From positions 140,368-204,367 of the forward strand of contig CAZBZO010000001.1 of the NCBI GenBank assembly GCA_964496425.1: a stretch of DNA of 64,000 bases. Reading direction: 5' to 3'. The translations under genes were made by a program, and so were the position numbers. The notes beneath the pieces are model-generated. The model had not been told where the DNA came from. It saw only the letters and a program-made list of their open reading frames with translations, and ran no database searches. Origin of the DNA: an uncultured Candidatus Saccharibacteria bacterium. GTDB lineage: Bacteria > Patescibacteriota > Minisyncoccia > Phycocordibacterales > UBA9973. Shown in pieces: positions 1-9,110 of the stretch (position 1 is its first letter; every line of letters begins with the position of its first letter).

Positions 1-1
1 T

Positions 2-526
2 GACAGCGGTAGATTCATACTAGGCGGAACAGCCCAATCAAATGACGGTGACGTCAGCGGCAATCACGGCAGTTTCGATACCTGGATCGTGAAAATTGAT
101 TTAGTGGGAGAACTACTCGATGCTGACTGTTATGGTGGTTCTGGTTATGATGAAGGTACAAATGTCGCCCTGATCGCAGAAGGCAGTAAAATTATTGTCG
201 CTGCCCATACCTCAAGTAACAACGATGGAGATGTAATCGGTGACCATAGTTCGGAAGACATTAGAGTTTTCACTGTCGAAGATTCCTCGATAGCAACGAA
301 TGTTGCAACAGTGGTGAATGCTGAGATGCGGATGCTATTGTATCCAAACCCGACATCAGATTTCGTCAGTATTACTAACCATAATAACGAAGAATTATTT
401 CTCGTAACAATGGAGGGTAAGATACTGTGGTCTGGCAAGTCTCCAATTGATATGAGAGATTTCCCAGATGGAATGTACCTTGTATGGACTTCCAAAAAAT
501 TTATCGGGAAGGTTATAAAAAAATAA
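2..526 (+). CDS. Secreted repeat protein, C-terminal part (N-terminus lies outside the window); ends in a T9SS-type C-terminal sorting domain
   Basis: Frame is open from position 2. Repeated G-x-D-G-D-V-x-G-x-H-G-S-x-D-x-W-I-V-K motifs are paralogous to the ORF at 31106-32650. C-terminal ...LYPNPTSDFVSI... beta-sandwich motif. Confidence 0.6.
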   Translation, partial: DSGRFILGGTAQSNDGDVSGNHGSFDTWIVKIDLVGELLDADCYGGSGYDEGTNVALIAEGSKIIVAAHTSSNNDGDVIGDHSSEDIRVFTVEDSSIATNVATVVNAEMRMLLYPNPTSDFVSITNHNNEELFLVTMEGKILWSGKSPIDMRDFPDGMYLVWTSKKFIGKVIKK

Positions 527-541
527 AAGTAAAAAATAATT

Positions 542-577
542 AACGGGCCTGCAGAAAAAGCAGGCCCGTTCTTTTTA
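542..577. terminator. Bidirectional rho-independent terminator (GC hairpin aacgggcctgc-agaaaaa-gcaggcccgtt followed by a T-run)
   Basis: Perfect 11-bp inverted repeat plus cttttt; sits between convergent genes. Confidence 0.5.
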
Positions 578-1171
578 TGTTAAATAATTTTTCATCTTTT
601 GTTTAAAACTTTCAAAGGACTCATAGAGCTCAGCATGGATCCCAAATTGTTTTGCTCCTTCTATATTTTCTAGTGTATCGTCCCAAAATATTATTTCTTC
701 CTTTTCAATACCTTCAAGGTCATCTATAAGTCTTTGAAAAAACTCAATACTTGGCTTTTTGTGACCAAGATGTGCCGAAAAGTAGTACCGATCGAAATTT
801 TCTGCAAATCCCATTTTCTCGAGGAGATATTCTGCCCGATATTTTTCTTGATTGGTAGCGAGAGCTGTGATAATACCGTTCTTTCGAAGGTCCTCGATAT
901 ACAATAAAAGTTCTTCACTTACATTGTGTTCAGAAGTAAACCAATATTCTAAAAAGCGGTCCGGTCCTTCCGCCCAACCCCATTCAGAAAGGTATGGAAG
1001 AATGCTTTCCTTTAAATCAGCCTTTCCCAAAATACAGTCAGCAAATGGTCCCAGGAAAAAAGGTGCGACCTTTTCCATTGGAATTTTGTACTCAGTCGAG
1101 AATTTTCTACTAAACTTTTTATTATTTACAATAAGCACTCCATCAGCATCAAAAATTGCAGCTTTAATCAT
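575..1171 (-). CDS. HAD-superfamily hydrolase (beta-phosphoglucomutase-like)
   Basis: N-terminal FDADGVL (DxDG) motif and HAD fold pattern. Confidence 0.7.
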   Translation of the reverse strand: MIKAAIFDADGVLIVNNKKFSRKFSTEYKIPMEKVAPFFLGPFADCILGKADLKESILPYLSEWGWAEGPDRFLEYWFTSEHNVSEELLLYIEDLRKNGIITALATNQEKYRAEYLLEKMGFAENFDRYYFSAHLGHKKPSIEFFQRLIDDLEGIEKEEIIFWDDTLENIEGAKQFGIHAELYESFESFKQKMKNYLT

Positions 1172-1180
1172 AAAAAAATA

Positions 1181-1768
1181 TCATTTTCTTAGCGCAAATA
1201 ATTCCTCAAGCTCTTTTCTTTTTTCAGGATCAATTTTGGCTTCCATGAGCCGCATAACAATTTCTTTTTCAGCGAAACGTTCTTGCCGCGATAGTTCAAT
1301 AAGCTCGTCGAGTGTTACGATCTTCTCCCTGATTTTTTCTCCAGCATCCGGTGCTGGCTCCCCTACTTTCATAAGTCCTTTGGCGATAAATGTATACACT
1401 GCCCAATCAATCTTCGTCGCCGGTTGCCTTGCATCCCAGAGGATAAATTCTGAAGCCTCATATCCGCTCTCTTCGCGAAGCTCGCGCGCAGCCGCAGCCA
1501 GCACATCTTCTCCCCGCTCCACTCGCCCACCAGTTGCACCACAAAATGGCTCCATGCCCGGCTGTTCTTGCTCAGTCAGTAAGATCCTCCCGTCATCGAG
1601 TACTGGAAAGACGATGACCGTATCGAGTCGCTTTATTTTCTCAAACATCTTTTTGCTGCCATCGTACATGTCCTGCTGCCATTGATAGACATCGAAGATT
1701 ACACCTTCAAAAACCCGCGTGGCATGTTCCGGTATCGGCTGTTTAGACTTTGGTCGCTCGATATTCAT
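1181..1768 (-). CDS. NUDIX hydrolase (ADP-ribose pyrophosphatase-like)
   Basis: Nudix box GGRVERGEDVLAAAARELREESG. Start chosen at the internal Met MNIERPK (ATG at 1768) rather than 1870. Confidence 0.8.
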   Translation of the reverse strand: MNIERPKSKQPIPEHATRVFEGVIFDVYQWQQDMYDGSKKMFEKIKRLDTVIVFPVLDDGRILLTEQEQPGMEPFCGATGGRVERGEDVLAAAARELREESGYEASEFILWDARQPATKIDWAVYTFIAKGLMKVGEPAPDAGEKIREKIVTLDELIELSRQERFAEKEIVMRLMEAKIDPEKRKELEELFALRK

Positions 1769-1898
1769 ACTGTGAGTATAGCAGTTTTTAATTTCCTTTT
1801 TTAAACCGATAGTTTGTAAGAAAAAGTGTTTTCGACTGTCTATATAATAGAGAGACGTCACATATTGCAATCCAATCCGTTTGTTTTAGTATAAAGAT

Positions 1899-3113
1899 AT
1901 GATAAAAAACACACAGTACATTTCAATACTCTTCTCCCTTACAATCATGGCAGCAATAGCAACGCCGTTTTCAGCATTGGCCAGCATCCAAAATGATTTT
2001 GAAGTAGCCGGCTGGATCCCCTATTGGAAAAGTGTGGAGGGCGCAGCCGTAGCCGAAAAAAATATCGACACCCTCAATATGATTTTCCCATTTGGCTATA
2101 GCGTAGAGACTGATGGGACCCTTAATGATCTAGCGAAACTTGAAAGCACTACGACTTGGGACGATTTGATCGATACTGCCGACAACAAAGATGTAGCTGT
2201 AATCCCCACTATCACCTGGAACGACGGCATAAATATCGAGCGTATTTTATCTGACCGCAATCTCCGCGAAGATCATATCGAAGCCATCGACGACATGGTG
2301 ACTGACGGCCACTACGACGGCGTCGATATAGACTACGAGGGTAAGCTCGCCGCGACGAAGGATGATTTTTCTCTTTTTTTAGAAGAGCTCAAGGATGAGC
2401 TCGGTTCAAAAAAAATACTGGTCTGTTCGATTGAAGCCCGCACCCCACCGGAGTCGCTCTACCAAGTCGTCCCGGCTACTATTGAATACGCCAACGATTA
2501 TGAAGCAATCGGCGAACATTGTGACCGCGTCATCTTACTTGCCTACGATCAAGGTCGCGCAGACTTTCGTTTGAATGATGCCAAGTCCGGCACGCCATAT
2601 ATTCCGATTGCCGATGTCGAGTGGGTGCGTAAAGTCGTAACTCTCGCTGCCGAAACAATTCCTAAAGAAAAAATAATGCTCGGCGTGCCGACCTATGGAT
2701 TTGAATATGAAGTCACCGTCTCCCCCAACCGTTTTGCCGACTACAAAAAACTCTGGTCAGTATCCGCACCATATGCATCAGAGTTTGCAAGCTCGCTTGG
2801 CATGACATCAATGCGAAACAAGGCTGGCGAACTTTCGTTTTCATATAAAGGTGAGTCCACCCCACTCGTCGTCGGCACCTCATACCCAGCGCCAGCTAGT
2901 ACGCTTCCAGGAGACATCTTTGCTCAAAAAGCCTTGTCGTATGCCAACACTACTGGACAAACTATCTCCTTCAATACACTCTGGTGGAGTGATGCCGAAG
3001 CAATCCGACAAAAAATAGCACTCGCTCGCGAACTCGGTCTTAAGGGTATCTCCATCTTCCGCATTGATGGCACCGAAGATCCTGCACTCTGGAATGTTCT
3101 AGCGACAGAATAA
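1899..3113 (+). CDS. Secreted glycoside hydrolase family 18-like protein
   Basis: Signal peptide plus the GH18 catalytic motif DGVDIDYEG (DxxDxDxE). Confidence 0.65.
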   Translation: MIKNTQYISILFSLTIMAAIATPFSALASIQNDFEVAGWIPYWKSVEGAAVAEKNIDTLNMIFPFGYSVETDGTLNDLAKLESTTTWDDLIDTADNKDVAVIPTITWNDGINIERILSDRNLREDHIEAIDDMVTDGHYDGVDIDYEGKLAATKDDFSLFLEELKDELGSKKILVCSIEARTPPESLYQVVPATIEYANDYEAIGEHCDRVILLAYDQGRADFRLNDAKSGTPYIPIADVEWVRKVVTLAAETIPKEKIMLGVPTYGFEYEVTVSPNRFADYKKLWSVSAPYASEFASSLGMTSMRNKAGELSFSYKGESTPLVVGTSYPAPASTLPGDIFAQKALSYANTTGQTISFNTLWWSDAEAIRQKIALARELGLKGISIFRIDGTEDPALWNVLATE

Positions 3114-3120
3114 TAAAAAC

Positions 3121-3166
3121 ATACAATTAAAATCCCGCAGAGAGCGGGATTTTAATTGTATGTATA
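3121..3166. terminator. Long perfect hairpin between convergent genes (bidirectional terminator)
   Basis: atacaattaaaatcccgc-agaga-gcgggattttaattgtat. Confidence 0.5.
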
Positions 3167-3169
3167 TCT

Positions 3170-4417
3170 TTAATTCCCTCCTGAGCCACTATTGTCTTCG
3201 TCGTCATCGTCAGAATGGCTACTGCCACTATTATCATCACTTCCCCCTCCACTAGAACTTCCGCTGCCGGAATTATCATCGTCGTCACTACTTCCAGAAC
3301 TACTGCTCCCACTATTGTTGTCGTCATCATCACTTGATGTTGAATGATCATCGTCTCCATCACTCCCAGAACTTCCACTCCCGGAATTATCGTCGTCATC
3401 ATTGCCGCCAGAATTCGAACTGTCAGAATTATTATTATCGTCATCATCACTGTTTGAAGTAGTATCATCAGAGCCAGAACCGGAATTTGAACTTCCGGAA
3501 TTATCATCGCCACTACTTGAAGTAGTACTTGAATCATCTCCGCTTCCATCTTCACTTTCAAATTCGACTTTCAAAACTCCATCTTCATTTTCGATCTCTA
3601 TTTCGCCATCTGCAAACTCAACTTTTATTTTTTCACCACTTTGAAGTGACACAAGGAGTGCCTTAAGTGCATCAGTAAATTCTACTGAATCACTACTACT
3701 ATTCCCTTCGAGCGCTGCAATCGTTTGCAGAAACCCGGCTTCAGCGCTCATAAGATCATCGGTATCGACAATCACACTACTTGAAGTCGTCGTAGAAAAA
3801 TCTATATCGTCTGGTCGACTCGCACGGTCTTCGATTTCCAAGACAAGCAAAGTCTCAACTGTCGCTATTGGAATATCAAAATGTTCGGCGATTGCCGTCA
3901 CAATTTCTGCTCGAGTATCAGCGTTCGTAATAAAACCAAATTTCTGATCACCTGCTTCTATTTTCACAATCGTCTCGTTCGTGAAAACATCAGCTTCGAT
4001 TTCAGTCACCGCACGCCCACCAAGCTCAGCCCCAGAAGAAGCTACGGTTGTGGCTGTATTTTCTTTTTGTAAATCCTCTATCTCACGCAAGCGCTCTTTG
4101 GCAAATTTAATCGCCAAATCATGCTTACCAGAATCATCAGAGAGGAGGAGTCGCGCGCGCTCAGCCGCCAGATCAACAGAGAAAAGCGTATCGCCGGGGC
4201 GAGCGTCATTGGAAGCAGCGACGATTCCGCCGCCGCCGAAAAGTAAAACTAAAATAATGAATAGTGTTGTCATAGGTGTAAATCTAAAAAATGCTAATAA
4301 TGGTCGACGTGATACTCTTTGGTTTTGCTCATGAAAACCATACCACACATACGCGCGTTCTTCACTCGTGATCTTCTTGAGGCGAATATTTTTTAATTCT
4401 TCTTCAATGTTAGACAT
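3170..4417 (-). CDS. Membrane-anchored putative anti-sigma factor with an approximately 110-aa extreme Asp/Ser/Gly/Asn low-complexity C-terminal tail
   Basis: Overlaps the upstream ECF sigma gene by 8 nt. One TM segment after an N-terminal cytoplasmic region. The tail is ...SGDDNSGSSNSGSGSDD... repeats. Confidence 0.45.
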   Translation of the reverse strand: MSNIEEELKNIRLKKITSEERAYVWYGFHEQNQRVSRRPLLAFFRFTPMTTLFIILVLLFGGGGIVAASNDARPGDTLFSVDLAAERARLLLSDDSGKHDLAIKFAKERLREIEDLQKENTATTVASSGAELGGRAVTEIEADVFTNETIVKIEAGDQKFGFITNADTRAEIVTAIAEHFDIPIATVETLLVLEIEDRASRPDDIDFSTTTSSSVIVDTDDLMSAEAGFLQTIAALEGNSSSDSVEFTDALKALLVSLQSGEKIKVEFADGEIEIENEDGVLKVEFESEDGSGDDSSTTSSSGDDNSGSSNSGSGSDDTTSNSDDDDNNNSDSSNSGGNDDDDNSGSGSSGSDGDDDHSTSSDDDDNNSGSSSSGSSDDDDNSGSGSSSGGGSDDNSGSSHSDDDDEDNSGSGGN

Positions 4418-4928
4418 AGTATTTTTTTACTGCACGCAACTTTTCAATCGCTCGATGGTGTAAAACTTTAGCATAGTTTTCGGTGATTGAAAGCATGGCG
4501 GCGATACCAGCAAAACTTTCATCTGAAAAATATCGGAGCGAGATGACGAGCGATTCTTTTTCTGGAAGTGTGGACGTTGCTTCCAGAAGTTTCCGATAAT
4601 CTTCATGATCTTCTGTCGGAGCAGCAATGTCAAAGACTTCGTCGAGTGAAATATCTTCTATGGCACGCTTGTGCTTGGCTCGAATGAGCTCACGCCGTAC
4701 AATTGTAAAAAGAAATCCCCAAAACGATTCCATATTTTGATACCGAAATCCTGGAAGCGCCTTCCAAAGAGCAATGTACACATTTTGCGAAATATCGGCG
4801 CTTGCTGCCCTACTTTTAGTGCGCACTAAAAGATACCGGAACACACGCTCCACTGTTGCATCGTAAAGCTCCCGAAATGCGCTCTCGTCATGCGTAGCTT
4901 TTGAAATAACAGCTTCTAATTCTTCCAT
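4410..4928 (-). CDS. ECF-type RNA polymerase sigma-70 factor
   Basis: Sigma-70 region 2 and region 4 patterns (…DLAQ…VFL…, C-terminal HTH). Start at MEELEAV (4928). Confidence 0.8.
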   Translation of the reverse strand: MEELEAVISKATHDESAFRELYDATVERVFRYLLVRTKSRAASADISQNVYIALWKALPGFRYQNMESFWGFLFTIVRRELIRAKHKRAIEDISLDEVFDIAAPTEDHEDYRKLLEATSTLPEKESLVISLRYFSDESFAGIAAMLSITENYAKVLHHRAIEKLRAVKKYYV

Positions 4929-5027
4929 GCTCCTATTGTATATATACCAAGGAAGGAATAAAAGGTTACAAAAATCAGCGCTGCACAATTACTGATTCCC
5001 ACCGCCATTGGGAGAAAACAACATTTT

Positions 5028-6308
5028 GTGTATAGTACTAGAATGATTGCTTCAGATATTAAGGATAAAAAACTCGCGGCAGCAGGAAAAGCTAAAATTC
5101 TTTGGGCAGGGCTAGATATGCCAGTGCTCAAGATCATCGAGCAGGATTTTAGCAAAAGAAAACCTTTTAAAGGCATCCGCATTGCGGCCTGCCTCCATGT
5201 CACTGCGGAAACTGCCAATCTGTGTCTCGCTTTGAAAGCCGGCGGTGCCGAGATTGCCTTGGCTGCTTCAAATCCCCTTTCAACCCAAGACGATGTAGCA
5301 GCATCGCTTGTTCATGATTTTGGTGTATCTGTTTTTGCTAAAAAAGGAGAGGATGCTAAAACATATGGATCACATATTAAAGCCGTACTCGATACTCATC
5401 CGGCTATCGTAATGGATGACGGCGCAGATCTTGTCTCCGAACTTCATGAAAAAAGACGTGCGCAAATACCAGAAATAATCGGTAGTACCGAAGAGACGAC
5501 TACTGGCGTGATCCGTCTGCGCGCTCTTGAAAAAGAGGGTCGCCTTGCTTTCCCAGTGATCGGCGTCAACGAATCAAAAACAAAACACATGTTCGACAAT
5601 CGTTACGGTACCGGACAGTCCACACTCGACGGATTTATCCGTGCGACCAACAAGCTCATCGCTGGCTCAACATTCGTCGTGGCTGGCTACGGCTGGTGCG
5701 GCAAAGGACTTGCGTCCCGCGCACGCGGTATGGGTGCGCGAGTCCTAGTGACAGAAATCGATGCAGTCAAAGCGCTCGAAGCAGTGATGGATGGGTTTGA
5801 AGTTGCACCAATGGCACGTGCAGTGCGCGAAGCGGACTTTATCTGCACCGTCACTGGCAACAAACACGTGCTCGACAAGGCACATTTCCTTGCCATGAAA
5901 GATCGTTGTGTCGTCGCCAACTCCGGCCACTTTGATATTGAAATAAATATTCCAGCACTTAAAAAACTTTCTAAAAAAGTAACTGAAGTCCGTCCAAACA
6001 CACTCGAATATGATCTCGGAAGGAAGAAAATCTATCTTTTGGCGGAAGGACGCTTGGTCAATCTCGGTAGCGCCGAAGGTCATCCTGCAAGCGTCATGGA
6101 TATGAGCTTTGCAAACCAGGCCTATGGGTTGGAGTATCTCCTCCAACATCAAAAAACGCTTTCGCCAAACGTCTATGTTCTTCCTCAAGCACTTGATCAA
6201 AAGATAGCAACGCTCAAGCTCAAGGCGCTTACGATGAATATTGATACTCTTACCAGTGAACAAAAAAAATATCTAGAAACGTGGAACGAAGGAACACACA
6301 TGGCCTAA
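5028..6308 (+). CDS. ahcY: Adenosylhomocysteinase (S-adenosyl-L-homocysteine hydrolase)
   Basis: Full-length match to conserved AhcY blocks (…GSTEETTTGV…, NAD-binding GYGWCGKG…). Confidence 0.9.
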   Translation: MYSTRMIASDIKDKKLAAAGKAKILWAGLDMPVLKIIEQDFSKRKPFKGIRIAACLHVTAETANLCLALKAGGAEIALAASNPLSTQDDVAASLVHDFGVSVFAKKGEDAKTYGSHIKAVLDTHPAIVMDDGADLVSELHEKRRAQIPEIIGSTEETTTGVIRLRALEKEGRLAFPVIGVNESKTKHMFDNRYGTGQSTLDGFIRATNKLIAGSTFVVAGYGWCGKGLASRARGMGARVLVTEIDAVKALEAVMDGFEVAPMARAVREADFICTVTGNKHVLDKAHFLAMKDRCVVANSGHFDIEINIPALKKLSKKVTEVRPNTLEYDLGRKKIYLLAEGRLVNLGSAEGHPASVMDMSFANQAYGLEYLLQHQKTLSPNVYVLPQALDQKIATLKLKALTMNIDTLTSEQKKYLETWNEGTHMA

Positions 6309-7246
6309 AAAAACAAAGTTCCCCCGCGGCGGCGCTCGTCTCGGGCTCTTTGGTTGTCGATACTCTTTTCGAGGGGACGAGCAGTATTGCCGATCAGATC
6401 ATTGTCACCAACGGGAAACCAGGAAAACAAAACCTAATGTTTACCGCATCAAAAAAAGAGACCTACTTTGGCGGTAGTGCAGGAAATATCTGTTACGGTC
6501 TTGGTCTTCTTCGGTCGCCTTCATTTATTGTCTCAGCCGCTGGGCTTGACTCTAAAGAGTATCAAAAACATTTAGAAATGTTTGGATGCCAAAGTCGTAT
6601 TCTCGTTGACCCGAAAGGACAGACATCTTCTTTCTTCGGATTTACCGACACTCGCGGTGAACAAATAGGTGTTTTTGAGCCGGGCTGTTACCACGCGCAC
6701 GTCAACACTTTGCCCTTGTCCAAATTTCTTAAGGCCGCTGACTGGAAGAAAATAAAAGTAGCAATATTCTCTCCTGGTACAGCTTTAAGTATTGCAAAAT
6801 GGGCGGAGGAGTTTAAAAAAAAAGGACCGAAAGATGCACTCATTATCATTGACCCCGGACAAATGCTCGCAATCGATTTCACCAGGGTACTTCTCACACG
6901 CGCTATCCGAAGTGCAGACATTCTTATCATGAACGACAGCGAAGCGCACTTTATGAAAACAAAATTGGGCATCACACATGAAATGCTCTGGGGCCTGAAG
7001 CTCAAGTATTTTATTGTGACCGAAGGAGGAAATGGCAGTACGCTTTATACAAAAGACGCCGCGGAACATATATCCGCTCCAAAAACTTCACATGTTATTG
7101 ATCCAACTGGTGCCGGAGATGCCTATCGCGCGGGGCTTGTGCATGCACTTCTCGCTGGAAAAAATATTATTGAAGGAATGAAAATCGGATCACGACTTGG
7201 AGCAAAATGTGTAGGCAAAAAAGGCCCGCAGACATACATCTTTTAA
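6281..7246 (+). CDS. PfkB-family carbohydrate/nucleoside kinase (adenosine kinase-like)
   Basis: GG motif GGSAGN and C-terminal DPTGAGDA motif. Overlaps the ahcY 3' end; functional link through adenosine salvage. Confidence 0.75.
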   Translation: MERRNTHGLKKQSSPAAALVSGSLVVDTLFEGTSSIADQIIVTNGKPGKQNLMFTASKKETYFGGSAGNICYGLGLLRSPSFIVSAAGLDSKEYQKHLEMFGCQSRILVDPKGQTSSFFGFTDTRGEQIGVFEPGCYHAHVNTLPLSKFLKAADWKKIKVAIFSPGTALSIAKWAEEFKKKGPKDALIIIDPGQMLAIDFTRVLLTRAIRSADILIMNDSEAHFMKTKLGITHEMLWGLKLKYFIVTEGGNGSTLYTKDAAEHISAPKTSHVIDPTGAGDAYRAGLVHALLAGKNIIEGMKIGSRLGAKCVGKKGPQTYIF

Positions 7247-7247
7247 C

Positions 7248-7649
7248 TTAAGAAAACATAATTATATAAGCTACCACACTTAAAAACGAAGTCGCGGCTG
7301 AAAATATATGCCACATTCCGTGGTTGAAATTGTAACCATGCTTATTTTGCCGATAGAAAAACCAAAGAGCAATCACCGCAGAGATGAACGCACCGATACC
7401 ATACGGGAAAACCCAATCACCTTTAAATAAAAGAAGTAAGTTGGCGATCATAAGAACATATGCACCAACAACATCCGCATATGCAAAATTTTTCTCATTT
7501 CTCAAATGAAAGATTGAGGAGACTATAAAAACCAAACCGATGACGATGGCGTACCAGTAAATATGGTGCTTGAGTGAGATAACAAGTGGAACTAGGAAAA
7601 AGAGATTACTCCAGGATTTGATTTGGAATGACTGTTTCATTAAAGTCAC
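7248..7649 (-). CDS. Small integral membrane protein (4 predicted TM segments), hypothetical
   Basis: Hydrophobic 133-aa ORF, tightly packed against neighbouring genes. Confidence 0.4.
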   Translation of the reverse strand: MTLMKQSFQIKSWSNLFFLVPLVISLKHHIYWYAIVIGLVFIVSSIFHLRNEKNFAYADVVGAYVLMIANLLLLFKGDWVFPYGIGAFISAVIALWFFYRQNKHGYNFNHGMWHIFSAATSFLSVVAYIIMFS

Positions 7650-7655
7650 AAAATA

Positions 7656-7942
7656 TGGGGTGCCTATCGGGGTAATCTTTCCTTACCCAGTAGGTGATTG
7701 TACTCAATCACAGGAACAGTATACCTTTTCAATTCGCATATGCGAATAATGAAAAGCTTTTCGACCTCGGGATATCTCCCTCGACTCGAGTTTCGCCGCC
7801 GCTCAACTCGGTCTGGGCACCAGCTCGTCTATTTTTCCTACTGAAAAAATAAGACTCCGCTGTTTGATTCCCGAACGGAAGCAAAGCAGTTTGCTTCCTT
7901 AGGCACCATATGAAAAACCCGCAAATGCGGGTATTCAATAGG
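7656..7942 (-). repeat. tRNA-His-associated small element (family member 1)
   Basis: Begins after a terminator hairpin 3' of tRNA-His with a copy of the tRNA-His 5' end (catatGGTGCCTAagg). Ends in a duplicate of the tRNA 3' end (cccgataggcaccCCA). Carries conserved blocks shared with 13189-13392 and 44738-44881 and the hairpin ggaagcaAAGCAGTTtgcttcc. Confidence 0.5.
7913..7932 (-). terminator. Terminator hairpin directly 3' of tRNA-His (acccgcatttgcgggttttt on the minus strand)
   Basis: GC hairpin plus T-run. Confidence 0.5.
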
Positions 7943-8015
7943 GGTGCCTATCGGGAATCGAACCCGAATCGAAGGTTCCACAAACCTCAGTGTTAACCGT
8001 TACACCATAGGCACC
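7943..8015 (-). tRNA. tRNA-His (anticodon GTG) with encoded G-1
   Basis: Manual cloverleaf: G-1:C73, acceptor GTGCCTA/TAGGCAC, D-stem GTGT/ACAC, anticodon loop TTGTGGA, T-arm TCGGG-TTCGATT-CCCGA. Confidence 0.9.
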
Positions 8016-8104
8016 ATGTCGCCCATATGGGCAGCTTTCGAGCGCCGCAGTGGAACATGCGGCGCTACAGTTATAACAGATTTGAGCCTTTTATTCAATC
8101 AGAC

Positions 8105-9109
8105 TTATAGCTGCTCGTCTTGTTTCTGGCGAGAGAAAACATAATCAAACACCTGACTACCTAAGATCGCCAGCGCCAGAAGTCCAATATACCCAAACAA
8201 GAGTGGCAAAAATGGCACGATCACCCCACGGAGCGCTCCCAAAACAAAAATGAAATACCACGAAGTGATCGAGATCGCGCCAAGGGCGAAAGAAAATTTG
8301 CGCAAACGGTGAAGTTCGCCTTCGTGATGATCGTGGGTTGCGCCAAACGTGATCTTGGCAAGACGCGGCTGGACGATAAGATTGAGGAGAAATCCGTTGG
8401 TGATAAGCACCAGGATGCCGATCATTTTCACCAAAAACTTCCCGGAGGCCAGAAGCGTTTCGGATTTCGGGAAGAAGAGTCCGAGTCCTGAGAGTACCAA
8501 AATACCAAGCGCAAACCATATAACTTCAGAGAAAACTTTGAGCGTACTTGCTTCCTCTTCAGAGATCTTGAAATCTTTGAGAAAACGGAAAAAGAATATG
8601 TCAGTAAATGTCGCAGCGCCAATGCCAAGTGCCATGCCAAACAAATGGACAATGGTGAAAATACGAGTATGCGCAGCCAAAAGTACGATCGGCGCATACG
8701 GTGAGCTTATGAGGGTAAAAGTAAAGATAATTGTGGAGAGAAATGCCGAAGCTAAGCACCATGTACACCATTCTTTAAGTACAAACGCTTGGATAGAGAT
8801 CAGATACATCGAGAACAGAAATGCAATCGTGGAGAGGACAAGCGAAACAAAGATAGTAGTAGAAGTAACAACAGCGGGGAATATAACAAATCCGACGTGA
8901 ATGAGTATTACTAAAGAGTAGTAGGCCAAGCCTAAATACTCCACAGGAACACCGAAAAATCGGGAAAAATCCGAGCTCAACACTTCCGTGCATTTTGAAC
9001 GCATGGGACAGATGAGTGGTTTCTTTTTGCTTTTTTTGTAGTGAATGTAAGCAGCAATAGAAAAACCGCATCCCCCTGCTATTAAGATAATGACGTCGGC
9101 TATATGCAT
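8105..9109 (-). CDS. Vitamin K epoxide reductase (VKOR) family membrane protein with an extra C-terminal membrane domain
   Basis: Loop Cys pair CPMRSKC and the active-site CTWC in a TM helix; multi-TM topology. Confidence 0.65.
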   Translation of the reverse strand: MHIADVIILIAGGCGFSIAAYIHYKKSKKKPLICPMRSKCTEVLSSDFSRFFGVPVEYLGLAYYSLVILIHVGFVIFPAVVTSTTIFVSLVLSTIAFLFSMYLISIQAFVLKEWCTWCLASAFLSTIIFTFTLISSPYAPIVLLAAHTRIFTIVHLFGMALGIGAATFTDIFFFRFLKDFKISEEEASTLKVFSEVIWFALGILVLSGLGLFFPKSETLLASGKFLVKMIGILVLITNGFLLNLIVQPRLAKITFGATHDHHEGELHRLRKFSFALGAISITSWYFIFVLGALRGVIVPFLPLLFGYIGLLALAILGSQVFDYVFSRQKQDEQL

Positions 9110-9110
9110 A

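Noticed and set aside
852-1685. 277-aa plus-strand ORF overlapping the HAD hydrolase and NUDIX genes
   Set aside because: Antisense to two well-supported minus-strand genes. Low-complexity Ser-rich translation typical of a shadow ORF.
3127-3644. Several ORFs, on both strands, through the Asp/Ser-rich repeat region; possible tandem DNA repeat or CRISPR-like periodicity
   Set aside because: The repeats are imperfect codon-level repeats encoding the acidic tail of the 3170-4417 protein. There are no regular repeat-spacer units, so this is not CRISPR. The shadow ORFs have compositionally biased translations.
7656-7942. Hypothesis that the tRNA-flanking elements are tmRNA (ssrA) genes, given the 5' acceptor strand, large body, T-arm, acceptor 3' strand and CCA
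   Set aside because: There are three copies in 64 kb with acceptor stems matching three different tRNAs. No alanine-type G3-U70, no tag reading frame ending in …AA-stop, and sizes of 145-290 nt. This is inconsistent with tmRNA; more likely integration scars or a distinct tRNA-like element family.
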